Program-made: the position numbers and the translations under genes
NCBI RefSeq assembly: GCF_020745735.1
Contig: NC_083410.1
Coordinates: forward strand, 4,252,117 to 4,316,116
Reading direction: 5' to 3'
From: Hemiscyllium ocellatum
Lineage: Eukaryota
Length of the DNA stretch: 64,000 nucleotides
Notes under the pieces: generated by a model
What the model saw: the letters and a program-made list of their open reading frames with translations, nothing else
Databases searched by the model: none
Told to the model about the DNA's origin: nothing
Part shown: piece after piece, positions 37,280 through 49,776 of the stretch
Position numbering within the stretch: position 1 is the first letter of the stretch
How the letters are laid out: each line of letters opens with the position of its first letter

Positions 37280-38685
37280 AAGGCTTTTGTTGAGGAGCCA
37301 CAAAAGAGATCAACATGAAAAATTAAAGCCCATTGAGATTGGAATATTGCAATGAAATGGATTGAGAACTGATTGTCACCTTTTTGCCAAAGAATCACAA
37401 TAAATGGTTCATTTTCTAAGTGACAGCTGCAATTAGTGGGATACCACAGGGATAAGTGCTTGGATTCTAGCTATTCTCATTATGGATTTATAATTTTGGA
37501 AAGGGAACTGAATTTAAAGTCTCCAAGTTTGCAGGTGACAGAAAGCTGAGTGAAAGGGTGAGCTGTGAGAAAAACGGAGAGATGCTGCAGTGTGATTTGG
37601 ACAGGCTGACTGTGTGGGCAAATGCATGACAGATAAAGTATAATGTGAAGAAAGATGACCAAAAGCAAAGAGTAGGAGGAAAAGGGTGTCTCACACGAAG
37701 ACAGACTGTTCCTTGTGGCGTACTGCATGGCTCAATGGAAGGCCCAAAGTGTTCAACAGCTGGAGAAATGGGTTGGATGTGGGGCCTAATTGGAATGGTT
37801 CCAAACTTTCTGATGGTATAAAAGTAGATAAGGTTGGAAGCTGTGAGGAAGATGCAAGGGGGCATCAAGTGGCCAGGCTCAGTGAATGGGAAAGGACAAG
37901 GCAGATGGAATATAATGTGAATAAATGTGAAGGTAGCTACTTTACCAAAGGAAGCAGAAAGGCAGAATATTTTAAAAATTGTAAGATTTTGGGAATTATT
38001 GGTGTCCAAAGGGACCAGGGTTACTGTGTTCAGGACTCACTAAAAGTCAGCATGATACTGCAGCAGTCACTAAGGAAGGTAAAAGTTGGTCTTCACCACA
38101 AGGGAGTTGAGTCCAGGAGTGAGGATGCCTTGTTACAGTTGGACAAAGTATTAGGGAGACCACACCAGGATTGTGGACTGTTTGTCCCTGAATGTAAGGA
38201 AGCACAGACTTATCATCGAGGGAGTTGTATAGAGAGTCAGCAGAGTAATCGCTGGGATGGTGGGTTTGTTGGATGGGAGAGAGTGAGGAAACTGACCTGT
38301 ATGCTCTTGGTTTGAAAAATCAGAGGTGATTAAATTGAAATCTCAATGTGCTTCAGAGGCATGATAGTGTGGATGTTGGTGGCAATGTTTCCCTTGGCTG
38401 GTGAGTCAAGATCTATGGGGCATTATTACAGGAAAAGGAGTCATCCAACTGAGACTCAGATGAAGAGGAATTTCTTCACCCAGAAGGTGGGGAATCTGTG
38501 GAATTCCCTATCCCAGAGGGATATGGGACCTCAATCATTGAGTATGTTCGAGATAGGAACTGAAAGATTTCTAAGACTAATGAATCAGATGATATGGAGG
38601 TAATGAAGGAAAGTAGCATTGATAAAAATAACCAATCATGATTGAAATGATGGGCTGAATGGTCTACTGCTCTTCGTATGTTTCT
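37280..38685 (+). mobile_element. CR1 fragment, mirror of 150-1555
   Basis: Near-identical mirrored ORFs: the 85-aa pair is identical, and the 209-aa and 173-aa pairs each differ at one residue. Confidence 0.9.
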
Positions 38686-39062
38686 TTGTCTTTGGTTTTT
38701 GGACTAAGGGAATAAATGAGGGTTATAAGAAGAGGAGTAACCAGGGCGGGGGTGAGGAAGGGTTTAGATTAAAACAAGGACATCAGAGGTGGAGGTGGGA
38801 GTGTCATTGAACAGAACAGGAGCTGCAGAGGGTTGTGGGAAATGATGATCAAAGACCTGAGAGCTGAGAGTTTGCAATTTCCTGGATATGTTGCTCACAT
38901 CTTAATGAGTTACACTGGAGTCCAATTTAAACTTTAGTTGAAATGACTTTGAGATACAGATCAGCCGTGGTCCAGTTTGCCTTGATTTTAATTTCAGCTC
39001 CTGTTGATTGTTCTGATCCCAGCTAACGTTGTTGCGGGTGTAGCCCGATACAGAGTGAAATC

Positions 39063-39631
39063 TGTCATGATTGATATTATTTTATTGTGCTTTATTTAGT
39101 ATGTTGGTCTTTCACTGAAATTACAGCATGGAATGTTTGTTGCTCCAACATTTCATCCAAAAGGGACTATGTTGGATCTGTATTCACCGTGTTACCTTTT
39201 TTTGAACACCTCCCACTGTTCTGCTGTAGACTCACCCTCAGCAAGCTGTGTTCCTGGTTTACTTTAGGCCAGATCCTGCTTTATTTTTTACAAAATTCTG
39301 CCATAACGCTGTGGTCAAGCAACTATGGGCCCAAAATTGAACATTCTGAATTGACGCACAGTCAGAGAAATCAAGCCTGACAGAAAAGTGGCCAAATGAA
39401 ATTAAAGTGCAGCCAGCAGCTGTCGGCTTCAAGGAATAGAAGAAGCCAAGGTCAAACCAGTCACAAAGGATCAAGAGGAACCAGTTACAACCAGCCCAAA
39501 AGTCGTGTATTGAAGGAGTATCGATCAGACTCTCTGGCAACTTGACTGCCTGAGTGTGTGGAGAAAGTGAGAACTTTCTGAGTACGTGTATATCACACCT
39601 GCCAGCATGGCAATAGCGAAGGGTGTTGACA
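39063..39631 (-). mobile_element. Probable solo LTR
   Basis: TGTCA...TGACA termini, flanks AAATC/CAATC (5-bp TSD with one mismatch), and AATAAA on the minus strand close to the 39063 end. Confidence 0.6.
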
Positions 39632-39779
39632 CAATCCCATTGGATAATTTAAACCCAGTTTATGACCCCAGTGACCAAAGGCTACAGAAATGTTTGGAAG
39701 GACAGGTGCAAGCGGGGGACAAAAGCACACATCCCAACTCCATCACCTCATGAAGACACAAAGAAACCTCAAAGATGAT

Positions 39780-39826
39780 TCAGTGAAGACTCAGTGAAGA
39801 CTCAGTGAAGACTCAGTGAAGACTTG
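39780..39826 (+). repeat. Short tandem repeat, 11-bp unit TCAGTGAAGAC, about 4 copies
   Basis: ttcagtgaagactcagtgaagactcagtgaagactcagtgaagact. Confidence 0.9.
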
Positions 39827-41599
39827 CAGGGAAGATGCACAGCAAGATTCATGGTAGAAGATGATGAGCCACCCCAAAAAGACCCAGGAGAAGATCTGCC
39901 CTGACCTGTGAGACGAGTTTTGTGGAAGTGAGCCAGCGATACATCGGAGAGAACGGAGATTCTAACAGCCCAGATCAAGCACGTGGACCATTGTGGGTAA
40001 TATATCAGATGGATACAGCTAAATAAATATTGGAAAATAGTCAGGTGGTATTTTTTAATAAGGAGCATTTTGTGAATGAAATTAAGTTGAACCACAAATG
40101 GATTTCTGTATCCCCCTGGTCCACTTCATCAACAAGACTGTTTGGGTAAAGTGTTTTCAAAACAGAAAATGGGTCAAACGAACAACACATCATTCCAGAA
40201 CCCGTTTTTGCAGACCATTCCATTCCACTCCCTGAAAAAACCGAAAACATTTGGTGCTGCGGTTCCTGTTACAAAAATGCTCCCCACTGTCACCTCAAAC
40301 AGCTGTTCAGCTTCGTTCCACCAAATCAGGTCCTGCACTGCACCCTCCCATGTTGGACCTTCTGCACATCGATATAAAAAGCTCTCCCCCGTATACATTT
40401 TAAGAAACCTGCTCCCCTGAACCTTTTACACTATTGTTATCCTACTGATGCTGATGAAGTTGAAATTCCCTGATATAATTCTCCATTTGTTTCATTGCCC
40501 AGGTGACAGTTAGGGATTGACAATACTCTCCCATTGTGTGACTGTTCCTAAACTCTACCCCAAAGTCTCATTTGAAAACCATTCTAAGATATTGTCCCTC
40601 CTTACTGCAGTAGTGGGCTCCTTTTAAATAACACAAAGCCACCTTCTCTTTGGCACCTTTCTCTGTCCTGCCCAAAGATCCTGTACCTCAGAATGTTGAG
40701 TCCTGCCCCTCCCTCAACCATGTCCCTGTGATAGCAACAGCAGCTAATTCTAGGTGTCAATCCATGTCCTCCAACCCATCTCTCCTACCCATTTTACCCT
40801 GTACAAGAACGAGTAGACCACCCAGCTGGCCTTCCTCCCTTGAAACTCAACATTGCTGAACTCGATCTACCTTTGTTCCTTCACTAAAGTAGGCTGAGTC
40901 CCTACATACGGACACACTATATCTCTTTCCTCTGGGGAACTACTTTAAATTCCACCCAAGAGCACGAACAAACCTACCCACACAGGGGCATTGGTCCCAT
41001 TCTGGTTCAGGAGCAGACTGTCCCATTAATGGTTTCCTTATGATTCAAAGGTTCTACCAATTTGTTCCACAGTATAAACAGACTGATCAAAAGATTACCT
41101 TCTCAGACCACAAGTATTTCTGATGCAGTGAATAAACCAACTTCCTCCACCCTGCCCTGGCCTGTTGAACCATATAACAGAAGGTTAACAGCTGAAATGA
41201 TGTCCTTCTGAGAGCGGTTTTTATTACAAGGAGGTTTGGAATACAATAATAAAGAAGCCCTTTCCAACCAAGCACTGTGTGTGTATATGCCCATTGAATT
41301 ATATCAAAGGTGAGACCCACACTCAGGCCATTCAGCGCAATCAGTCAATGCTGGTGTCTGTGCTGTATTTCACCATGTGACCATCCTTCTGCAAATAAGT
41401 ATCAGCAGCATAACTGTTCAGTCTTCCCCTTTATTTACTTCCCCAATTTCCCCTGAAGTGAATCTGTGCTATGCACTTCAACCACTCTCTGGGTTAAAGA
41501 GTTCTACTTTCGATTCCCTCAGATAATGAGTTACATTTTCTCAACACTAGAGAAAAGAGGTTTCTTCACAACTCGCAACTGAATTTGTGACGGAATTTT

Positions 41600-43425
41600 C
41601 ACCTCCCACATCACCCTCACCCACTATGTATTCATGTGTTATCAACAACTGCCTTGGAATTAATAGCAACAGAAATGACAAATTGCTGAGGAAGAAAGGG
41701 AATGGATGACCATAAGGCAGAAAATGAGCAGGAATGCAGTGTAGGTATCCCCTGCAGTCATCTCCCCCCAAAACAGATATAGTAGTTTGGATACTGTTAG
41801 GTAGATGGCCCACTAGGGGAAGTCAGCAGTGGCCAGATTCATGGCACCGTGGCTAGCTCTGCTGTTCAGTCATAGAGGATTCAATTGTAAGGAGAGTAGA
41901 TAGGCAGCTCCGTGGTCGAAAACAAGATGCCAGAATAGCATGTCGCCTTCCAGGTGCATGGATCAGGGATGTCTCGGACCGGCTACAGAACATTTTCCAG
42001 GGGGACCATGAACAGCCAGTTGTCGTGGTGCATATAGGCACATCCAAGATATGTCAAAAACACAGGAGGTCCTATATGCAGAATTTAGGGAGTTAGGAGA
42101 CAAGTTAAAAAAGTAGGACCTCAGAGGTAGCAATCTCAGGATTGCTATCAGTGCTAGGTGCTCGTCAGAGTATGAATGATAGAATAAGCAGGATGAATGT
42201 GTGGCATGAGAGATGGTGTAGGAGGGAGGGGTTCAGATTTTTGAGACACTGAGATCGGTTCTGAGGGAGGTTGGTACAATTACAAATTGGACTGTCTCCA
42301 CGTGGGCTGGACTGGAACAAATGTCCTTGGGGGCGCGTTTGCTAACATTGCTGGGGGGCTTTTCAAGTAATGTGGCAGGGGGATGGGAACCAAGTGAGGT
42401 TCGAGGACAGAAAGGAAAGAGTGACTATAGCCTGCAAGGAACTAGATAATGAAGTCACCGTGACTAAGGGGAAGAGTCGGCAGGGAGCAGATGATGACTG
42501 CAAAGGGACTGGTGGTCTGAGGTGCATTTGTTTTAATGCAAAAAAGGGTAGTAGGTAACCAGATGAACTTAGGGTGTGGATTAGTACCTGGATGTATGAC
42601 GTTATTGCTATTACTGAGAGTTTGTTGAGGGAAGGGCAAAATTGGCAATGAAATATCCCAGGATATCGATGCATCAGATGGGATAGAGAGGGAGGTTAAA
42701 GAGTTGGAAGAGTTGTATTTCTGGTCAAAGAAAATCTCACAGCTGTGCTGAAGGAGGGCACTATGGAAGATTCAAGCAGTGAGGCATTATGGGCAGAGTT
42801 CAGAAATAGGAAAGCTGCAGTAACAATGTTGGGGCTATACTGCAGACCTCCCAACAGAGAACTTGAGATAGAAGTACAAACATGGGAACAGATCATGCAA
42901 AGATGTAGGAGCAACAGGGTGGTGGTGATAGGCAATTTTACTTTTCCCAACAATGACTGTGAATCACTTTATATTAGAGGTCGAGATGGAGCTGAATTTG
43001 TAAGGAGCATCCAGGAGGGTTTTCTAGAGCAGTATGTCACTAGTCTAACTCGAGAAGGGGCCTTATTGGACCTGGTATTGTGAAATGAGCCCAGCCAGGT
43101 GGTTGATGTTCAGTAGGGGATTGCTTTAGGAATAGTGATTGCAATTCCAAACGTTTTAGAATCCTCATGGACAAGTACGAGGGTGGTCTTAAAAGAAGAG
43201 TGGTAAACTGAGGGAAGGCCAACTAAAGCAAAATTCTGCAAGAGCTGGGGAATGTAGATTGGGAGCAGCTGTTTGAAAGGAAATCCACATTCGACATGTG
43301 GGACGCTTTGAAAGAGAGGTTGATTAGAGATCAGGAGAGGTATGCTGCTGTGAAAATGAGGTATTGGAATGGCAAGATTGGGGAACCATGGATGACGAAA
43401 TTGTGAGACTAGCTAAGAGGAAAAA
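41600..43425 (+). mobile_element. Decayed CR1 LINE 5' half: ORF1 esterase-like region and ORF2 APE endonuclease
   Basis: xDSIVRRVDRQLRGRKQDARIACRLPGAWIRDVSDRLQNI...VVVHIG (SGNH/GDSL-like), then LRCICFNA, YDVIAITE, EALWAEFRNRK..LGLYCRPP, RVVVIGNFTFP, TREGALLDLVL. Confidence 0.88.
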
Positions 43426-43429
43426 GGAT

Positions 43430-44553
43430 CTGAATATAGGTTTGCTCGCTGAGCTGAGAGGTTGATTTTCAGATGATTCATCACCATACTGGGTAACATC
43501 TTCAGTGAGCCTCCAGACAAAGCACTGCTGATGTTTCCTGCTTTCTATTTATATGTTTGGGTTTCTTTGGGTTGGTGATGTCAATTCCTGTGGTGATGTC
43601 CTTTCCAATGGTGAAGACATTTCTTGTTCTTTTTTCTCAGGGGGTGGTCAATGGGGTCCAAGTCAATGTGTTTGTTGATAGAGTTCCAGTTGAAATGCCA
43701 TGCTTCTAGGAATTCTCATGCATATCTCTGTTTGGCTTGTCCTACGATGGATGTGTTGTCCCAGTCAAATCCAACCCAAACTTTGGGACCGCTATGTGGA
43801 TGACACCTTTGTCATCACTAAACAAAACAAATTAGAGGAAACCTTCAAGACCATCAACAATACCCTTACAGGTATAAAATTCACTAAAGAGGAAGAAAAC
43901 AACAACAAAATGTCATGTAGACCGAACAGCCAATGGAGAACTTCAAACCAGCGTCCACTGGAAAACACACATACGGACAAAACATTGAACTAAAGTAGCA
44001 ATCATCCTAACATCCACAAACAAAGCTGCATCAGAACGTCAACCACCATACACTGTAACACAGAGGAACTATGCAGAGTAGAGGAAAATCACCTATACAG
44101 TTTATTCAAAAAGAATCGGCATCCAATGAACACAGTCTGCCGATTTCTCAGCAACAAACCCAAACAAGCAGACAAGACACATCCAGAAACCTTAGCAACT
44201 CTTCCCTACATCAAAGACTTCTCAGAAATGACTGCCAGACTACTCAGACCTATTGCCGTCATGGTAGCACACAAACCCACCAAACACAGTAAAAGAGCAG
44301 CTCATGAATTTGAAAGACCCAATACAGACAACAAGCAAAACTAATGTCATTTACAAAATATTGTGAAAGAACTGTAATAAACACTACATTGGACAAACAG
44401 GCAGAAAAATATTCACCAGGATACATGAACACCAATTAGCCACAAAACGACATGACCCTCTCTCACTAGTATCTTTACATACAGATAAAGAAGGACACCA
44501 CTTCGACTGGGACAACACATCCATTCTAGGACAAGCCAAACAGAGACACACAT
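43430..44553. mobile_element. Penelope-like element fragment with inverted 3' end
   Basis: Plus 43772-44553: LWDRYVDDTFVIT (RT), HYIGQTGRK..TRIHEHQLATKRHD (GIY-YIG), FDWDNTSILGQAKQR. Minus 43430-43771: FDWDNTSIVGQAKQR..EFLEAWH..SINKHIDLDP and the 3' end. Confidence 0.92.
43471..43505 (-). ncRNA. Degenerate hammerhead motif at a Penelope 3' end
   Basis: CUGAAGA-U-GUUACC(CAGUAU)GGUGAU-GAAU-CAUC. Stem II pairs over 6 nt, and the GAAA box and cleavage triplet are mutated. Confidence 0.45.
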
Positions 44554-47429
44554 GAGCTGCTCCCAAAGTGCTTGCCCCACCCAATCCCACCATCCCTCTC
44601 TGGCCCTGATGACAGGCTGAATAGCCTCTGGATGGGCAGGGCATTTTGATCAAATCTCTTCTCAGCGTTTCCTTCCCCAGGGGGAACAGTCCCAGTCACT
44701 TTGATTGGTGTTATTATGGTCCCAGTTGATGTTAGTATTGGACAAGTTTGATTCCAGACTGAAATCTGGCTTGGATTCTTTTTTGTATAAAACTAGTGGG
44801 TGTTTCTCTGAGAAAGAAACACATAATGCAGCAGACTTGGTTTCAACAAAAGGTGAAGATATTTTATGATTTTTATGATGTAATTTTTGTGCAAATAGAG
44901 CTGAAAAAATATCATGAACTAAGCTATATATATTAAACACACAGCAAAATACAATATTTAAACGGTCCAATCAGCAACTCTTTACACAATACAGACATTA
45001 AAGAGTGTTTTATTTCTCCCTCCAACTCTATTTTGATTTAATCCCTACCCTCCCCTTCACTTTTTTGATCACACGCACTGCCCTTTGAAGAGAAGGGCTT
45101 TGTTTGTCACTGGCCACTTGAGTGTTTCCTTTCTACCTGGAGGGGGAATACAAATAAAGGTTTACACACCGATTGTTATTCACTGTGTCCTACACCTGCA
45201 CACACATGACATGGATGCGAGGGAAATTTCTTTTAAAAGTACAGACATTAGAGACAATACCCTTCTCTAAAAACATATAGGGGTTAACATAACTCCAAGA
45301 ACTGTCTCTGTCAGATATTTTTGTTAAAATAAATAATAACTTCAGAAATATTAACATTTTCATCTTTAAATCCTGTCATACACACAAAGACCAAAACCTA
45401 CATGCCATTAGTTCAAAATCCAACTTCCAAATTAAATTCTATTAACATCATTTAGAAACCACATCTCACATCCCAGTGTTTAGACTCCAATATGGAGAGT
45501 GCACTTATAATCGAGCACAAATTTACCATGAGCTGTACTAAATGTGACGCTGGATCAACAAGATAGCCAACTTGTCTCTCTTCTGTCCTCCGATCAAAAG
45601 TTTGAAAGAAAAGCAGTTTAATTAATGACCTCAAAATAAATTATTTATTATTTTCAAAACTGATTGTTTAAACAAGCAGAAAATGTGATTAGCATTACAA
45701 TATGGCGGTGAACCCTTCTGTTAATTAAACCAATCATGCAGAAAAGCTCACCTCGACTTGCAATCCATTTAAAAAAAGACAGAGAACTCACAAGTTCCAT
45801 TGTTTAAATAAAATTAACTTCTTCTTTAACTCTAAAAGTGAACATTAAACAACACTATTCACATCTCTAATCCTCATTCTCTTAACAGCCTCCAATTTTA
45901 ACAATATGCTGTTCCAATAAGACACTTATTAAAATTACATCAACTTAATTTCAAAACCATACAGCCACTGTCATCATCAGTGTCTGTCTTCTTTCAGCTG
46001 AAGATCTCCCTGGGTCATTTTCTTTTACATTACTGCAAATATGTTTCATTTGAAAAGTTACCTTTGACACAGAGTATTCCCTAATTTCTTGGCTCTCTCT
46101 CTCAATGGAAATTGCTCTGTCTCCAATTTTCAAAATGTCCACATTTTAATATCTCCAATACGGATTGTCTCATTGGTTTGATGTTGGCAAAATAATAAAT
46201 ACAAACGCAATTCGGTTTTAGTATCCTGAAGCGGAATTTGAACTGATTGATTCAATTTGAATTGCTGTCAAAGCAGCAATCAACTTAAGTATCCATTTCA
46301 CAGCCAAATGCTACGTGCTTTCAATTTTCCAGTATACTGTGAGACTGCCTTCTAGTCATATCACACAGGTGCTTGTAAGTTCTCAGTTCAAAACAGCGTT
46401 CACTCTCTCTTAAAGAACAGTACATGCCTTCAACTTCATCACATGAGCAACTACATTTCTATTTGGGATTAAACCATGTCCCATTAATCTCAAACATACA
46501 TTCATTTACAGACAAGGCAATGTGGCTCTGCAGAATTAATTCGGGCTGTTTTAAAAAAAACCTTAAAGAATGAACATCCTAGGGGGTCTAGGAACTCAGA
46601 TCAGGTGGTAGAATGTGTTGACTTCTCAGAATTCCTTCAATTTCTTGTCAATGAGGATGATTCCTAGAAGTTATACATTGATGGGAGATCTTCTGACCAT
46701 ATTTCAGATTCTGATAGGAAATAGTTTGAAACCCTGATTTTGGAAACATTATCTTTTTCCTTGTCTTTTACTGACTGAGAGGAAGAAATTGTGCAGCTGG
46801 TCCTGCTTGAAGATTTCTTCTCTTTTTATCAGAACAAAGGGACATTTTTTTCATTGTTTTTGGTCAGTTTGACAATTTTGCCTCAGCTGCTCTCCTTTTG
46901 ATCTGTGAAGGCACACATTGTAACACAAGTCCAGAAACTATTACTAAGCTGTATTCAAATACAGTCAGCCCAGCAACTTAGTGATAAAACCCATTTTTTA
47001 TCGATTCTTAATATTCTTGTTTCATTAAGAATTCATTTGAATTTTTTAAACCACAACAGATTTTGATCTTTCAGATCCAAGTGGTCATGTGGTAAATGTT
47101 GCTTGACAAAGGCATGTCCAAGAGTTCCATATTCCAGTTTCTCGTACTCCATATATTTTCGTGTATGGGTGTCTGTTCACTTTAAAGAGTGGTTCTGTTG
47201 TTACCTTATGAATTTAATGACTCTTTTTCGACTAAACAGCATACTTCCAGTTTTGTCTGCTCTGCACACCCATTAGAATTGCACTTTACAAAAAAATTGT
47301 CTTCGCTGCTCTTATTTCTCCATCCAATCTGAGTATCCTCATATCTCTCTGCATTACATCTGATTTGTTATTGGTGCCCGCACTCCCACAATGGAACAAG
47401 TAGAAGAGAAAGAGAAAACACCAGGATCT

Positions 47430-48100
47430 ATCTGAACCAGAATGCGGCGTGTTGAGAGGTGACTTAATTGGGACATATAAGATAATCAGGGGGTTAGATA
47501 GGGTGCACAGTGAGAGCCTTTTTCCTCAAATAGTGATGCAGCTAGCCTGAAGGGACATGGCTTTAAATTGAGCGGTGATGGATATGCGACAGATGTCAGA
47601 GGTAGTTTCTTTACTCAGAAAGTAGTAGGGCATGGAAAACCCTGCCTGCAACAGCATTAGACTCACCAACTTTAAGGACATTTAAATGATCATTGGATAA
47701 ACATATGGATGATAATGGAATAGTGTCAGATGGATGGGCTTCAGATTGGCTCCACAGGTTGGCGCAACATTGAGGGCCGAAGGGCCTGTATTACACTGTA
47801 ATGTTATATGTTCTCAGTTCTATGTTCTATCTTCTACATTCTACATAACTGGCAACTTTTCTACACAGCAGGTGGTGTATGCATGGAATGAGCTGCCAGA
47901 AGAAGTGGCAAAGGCTGATACAATTATACTTCTAAAAGGCATGTGGATGGGTATATGGACAAGAAGGGTGCAGAGGGATATGGGCCAAATGCTGGCAAAT
48001 AGAATTAGATTAAGTTAGGATATCTGGTGGCAATGGATGAGTTGGATGAATGGGCCCATTTCTATGCTGTGCATCTAGGTTATAGACTCAATGACTCTAT
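47430..48100 (+). mobile_element. Two CR1-like 3' end fragments
   Basis: RGDLIGTYKIIRGLDRV, FFTQKVVGAW, tail gagggccgaagggcctgta...ttctatgttctat. The second piece reads FSTQQVVYAWNELPEEV. Confidence 0.85.
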
Positions 48101-48479
48101 AACCTAGTGTCAATTTCTTGCCTTTTCTTCTTCATCCTGCACACTGTTTCTGTGTAAATAATCATCCAGTGCCCTGCTAAATGCCTCAGTTGGACCTTAA
48201 TGCCATTGGAGCAGAAGATGGAAGATCAGAATCAGGCCTTTCTGCCCAACGAGTCTGTTCATGCCTGCTCTGATAACCCCCAATTTGACTTTCCTGTCTT
48301 TTCCTTGTATCTCTAGATTTACTTTCTGTTTAAAAATCTGTCTTTCTCAACTTCATCGTACTGAATGGTGCAGCCTCAGTGCCCCCATGTGGTGGAGTTC
48401 CCTTCTCAGTGAGGAAATTCCTTCTCCTCTCTGCCTTAAGTTTACATCCCCTGATTGAGATTCTGTCCTCTGCTCCCAA

Positions 48480-48976
48480 GACTCTCTAACAGTGGAAACA
48501 ATGTCTTCTCATTTACCCCGTCAGGTCCTCCAGGAATCTTTTCTTTTTCAATACTGTTGCCTCACATTTTTAATTATTCTGGTGAGAACAAGCTCAATCA
48601 ATGTCACCTCTCCTCATAAGACAGTCCCTCCATACCGGCTATCAGCCCAGTCACCCTTCTCCAGACAGCCTCCAATACCAGGACACCATTCCTCAGATAA
48701 GGAACAAGCACTGTCTCACAGTATTCCAGTTGTGGTCTGACTAGAGGTTTGTACAGTTTTGGTAAAACATTCCTAATTTTATTCTCCATTTCCTTTGAAA
48801 TAAAAAACACTCTCCATTTTCCTTCCTTATCACCAACAAAATGTTGATGATAACTTTTTGTGATTCATGAGATGACGGCTCCCAAATTTCTCTAATCTAT
48901 AGCTTTTGCAGTCTTTCCTATTTCAATAATATTCAGCTCCTCTGTTCTTCCAGACAAAGTGTATGGACTCACATTT
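48480..48976 (-). mobile_element. CR1-like RT fragment
   Basis: VLPKLYKPLVRPQLEYC, GLIAGMEGLSYEER (48604-48810). Confidence 0.85.
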
Positions 48977-49770
48977 CTTCAGGTGAGCCTGGCTGTCCAT
49001 TGGGCAAATGTTTGAAATCCTTCAATGCCAAGGAATTTCATGAAGCTGTTATTCAAGCCCAACCACTTGCCTTGAGCCCCTATCACAAAGCCAAAGTACT
49101 TAGGCTCACAGCGTCCCATCAATTCCATTATCTCGGCATTCAGGCATTTGTATTTTGTCTTTTGTCCTGCCGTGCCATTTCCAGAGCTTTGCTGTCACTT
49201 TTGTACTGCACTGTGACATTGACCACTGCGATCTTTTGATCTTTCTTAAATATGACATCAGGTTTCCATAGTGAGCCATCCTTCACGATCAATCTCTGCT
49301 CAACATATTTGCTGACATGCTTCTGCAGCTGGTCTACAGTCTTATTATGGAGTTTTATTCGAGCGTTTTTAACGAATGAGCAACAACCTGAGATGTGTGA
49401 AATGGTTCCGATTGCTATCTCACACCTTCGGCGAGTTTTGATTCTGCTTGGTCTTCTCCTTGAAAGGGTGGTTCTTGTCTGCTGTAGATTACTCCACAGG
49501 AGAAAGGTGTTAATGAGCTGTGAGGATTTTAGTTGAATTGCTGGTTTCAACCAAGAGTTTGAGATTTTGTCATCTCTGTAATACTGAATGCCTGCCCCTT
49601 GACATCCAAGCCTTCGTCACGTTTTGAATTCCTACTCTCTCCATCCTGCATAATTGTTGGGAGGTTTCTGTCACCTGGCATCTGCCTCCTGAAGTGCTGG
49701 CATAATTGTTACCTTGCGATCCCTTTCCATCGCTGAATCAAACAAAACGGAATTGTGCTCGCTATCACCA
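48977..49770 (-). mobile_element. R2-like (restriction-like endonuclease) non-LTR retrotransposon fragment
   Basis: DDKISNSWL, RRCEI..GTISHISGCCSFVKNARIKLHNK (zinc-knuckle remnant), WKPDVIFKKDQKIAVVNVTVQY (PD-(D/E)xK-like), YFGFVIGAQGKW. These match the motif order recalled for vertebrate R2 C-termini. Confidence 0.82.
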
Positions 49771-49776
49771 AAGTGC

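Larger units (their letters stand above)
20686..38832 (-). repeat. Right arm of large inverted segmental duplication
   Basis: Begins gcgtgcatgtggctgg at 20686, the reverse complement of the left-arm end, and mirrors 1-18433 with scattered substitutions and indels. Confidence 0.98.

Noticed and set aside
1-38832. Palindrome as a pure fold-back sequencing artefact
   Set aside because: The arms carry many fixed differences and arm-specific TE insertions with TSDs. A haplotype mis-join is still possible and is listed as a test.
39780-39826. Repeat array resembling CRISPR
   Set aside because: Contiguous 11-bp tandem units with no spacers, in a eukaryotic context.
39640-41340. Several 60-97 aa ORFs on both strands
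   Set aside because: No recognisable domain or splice structure. A faint retroviral-like TVWVKCFQNRKW string near 40135 is too weak to call.
44600-47400. AT-rich stretch with short ORFs and a possible PBS-like TGGCG near 45703
   Set aside because: No paired LTR, coding motif or repeat structure could be established by eye.
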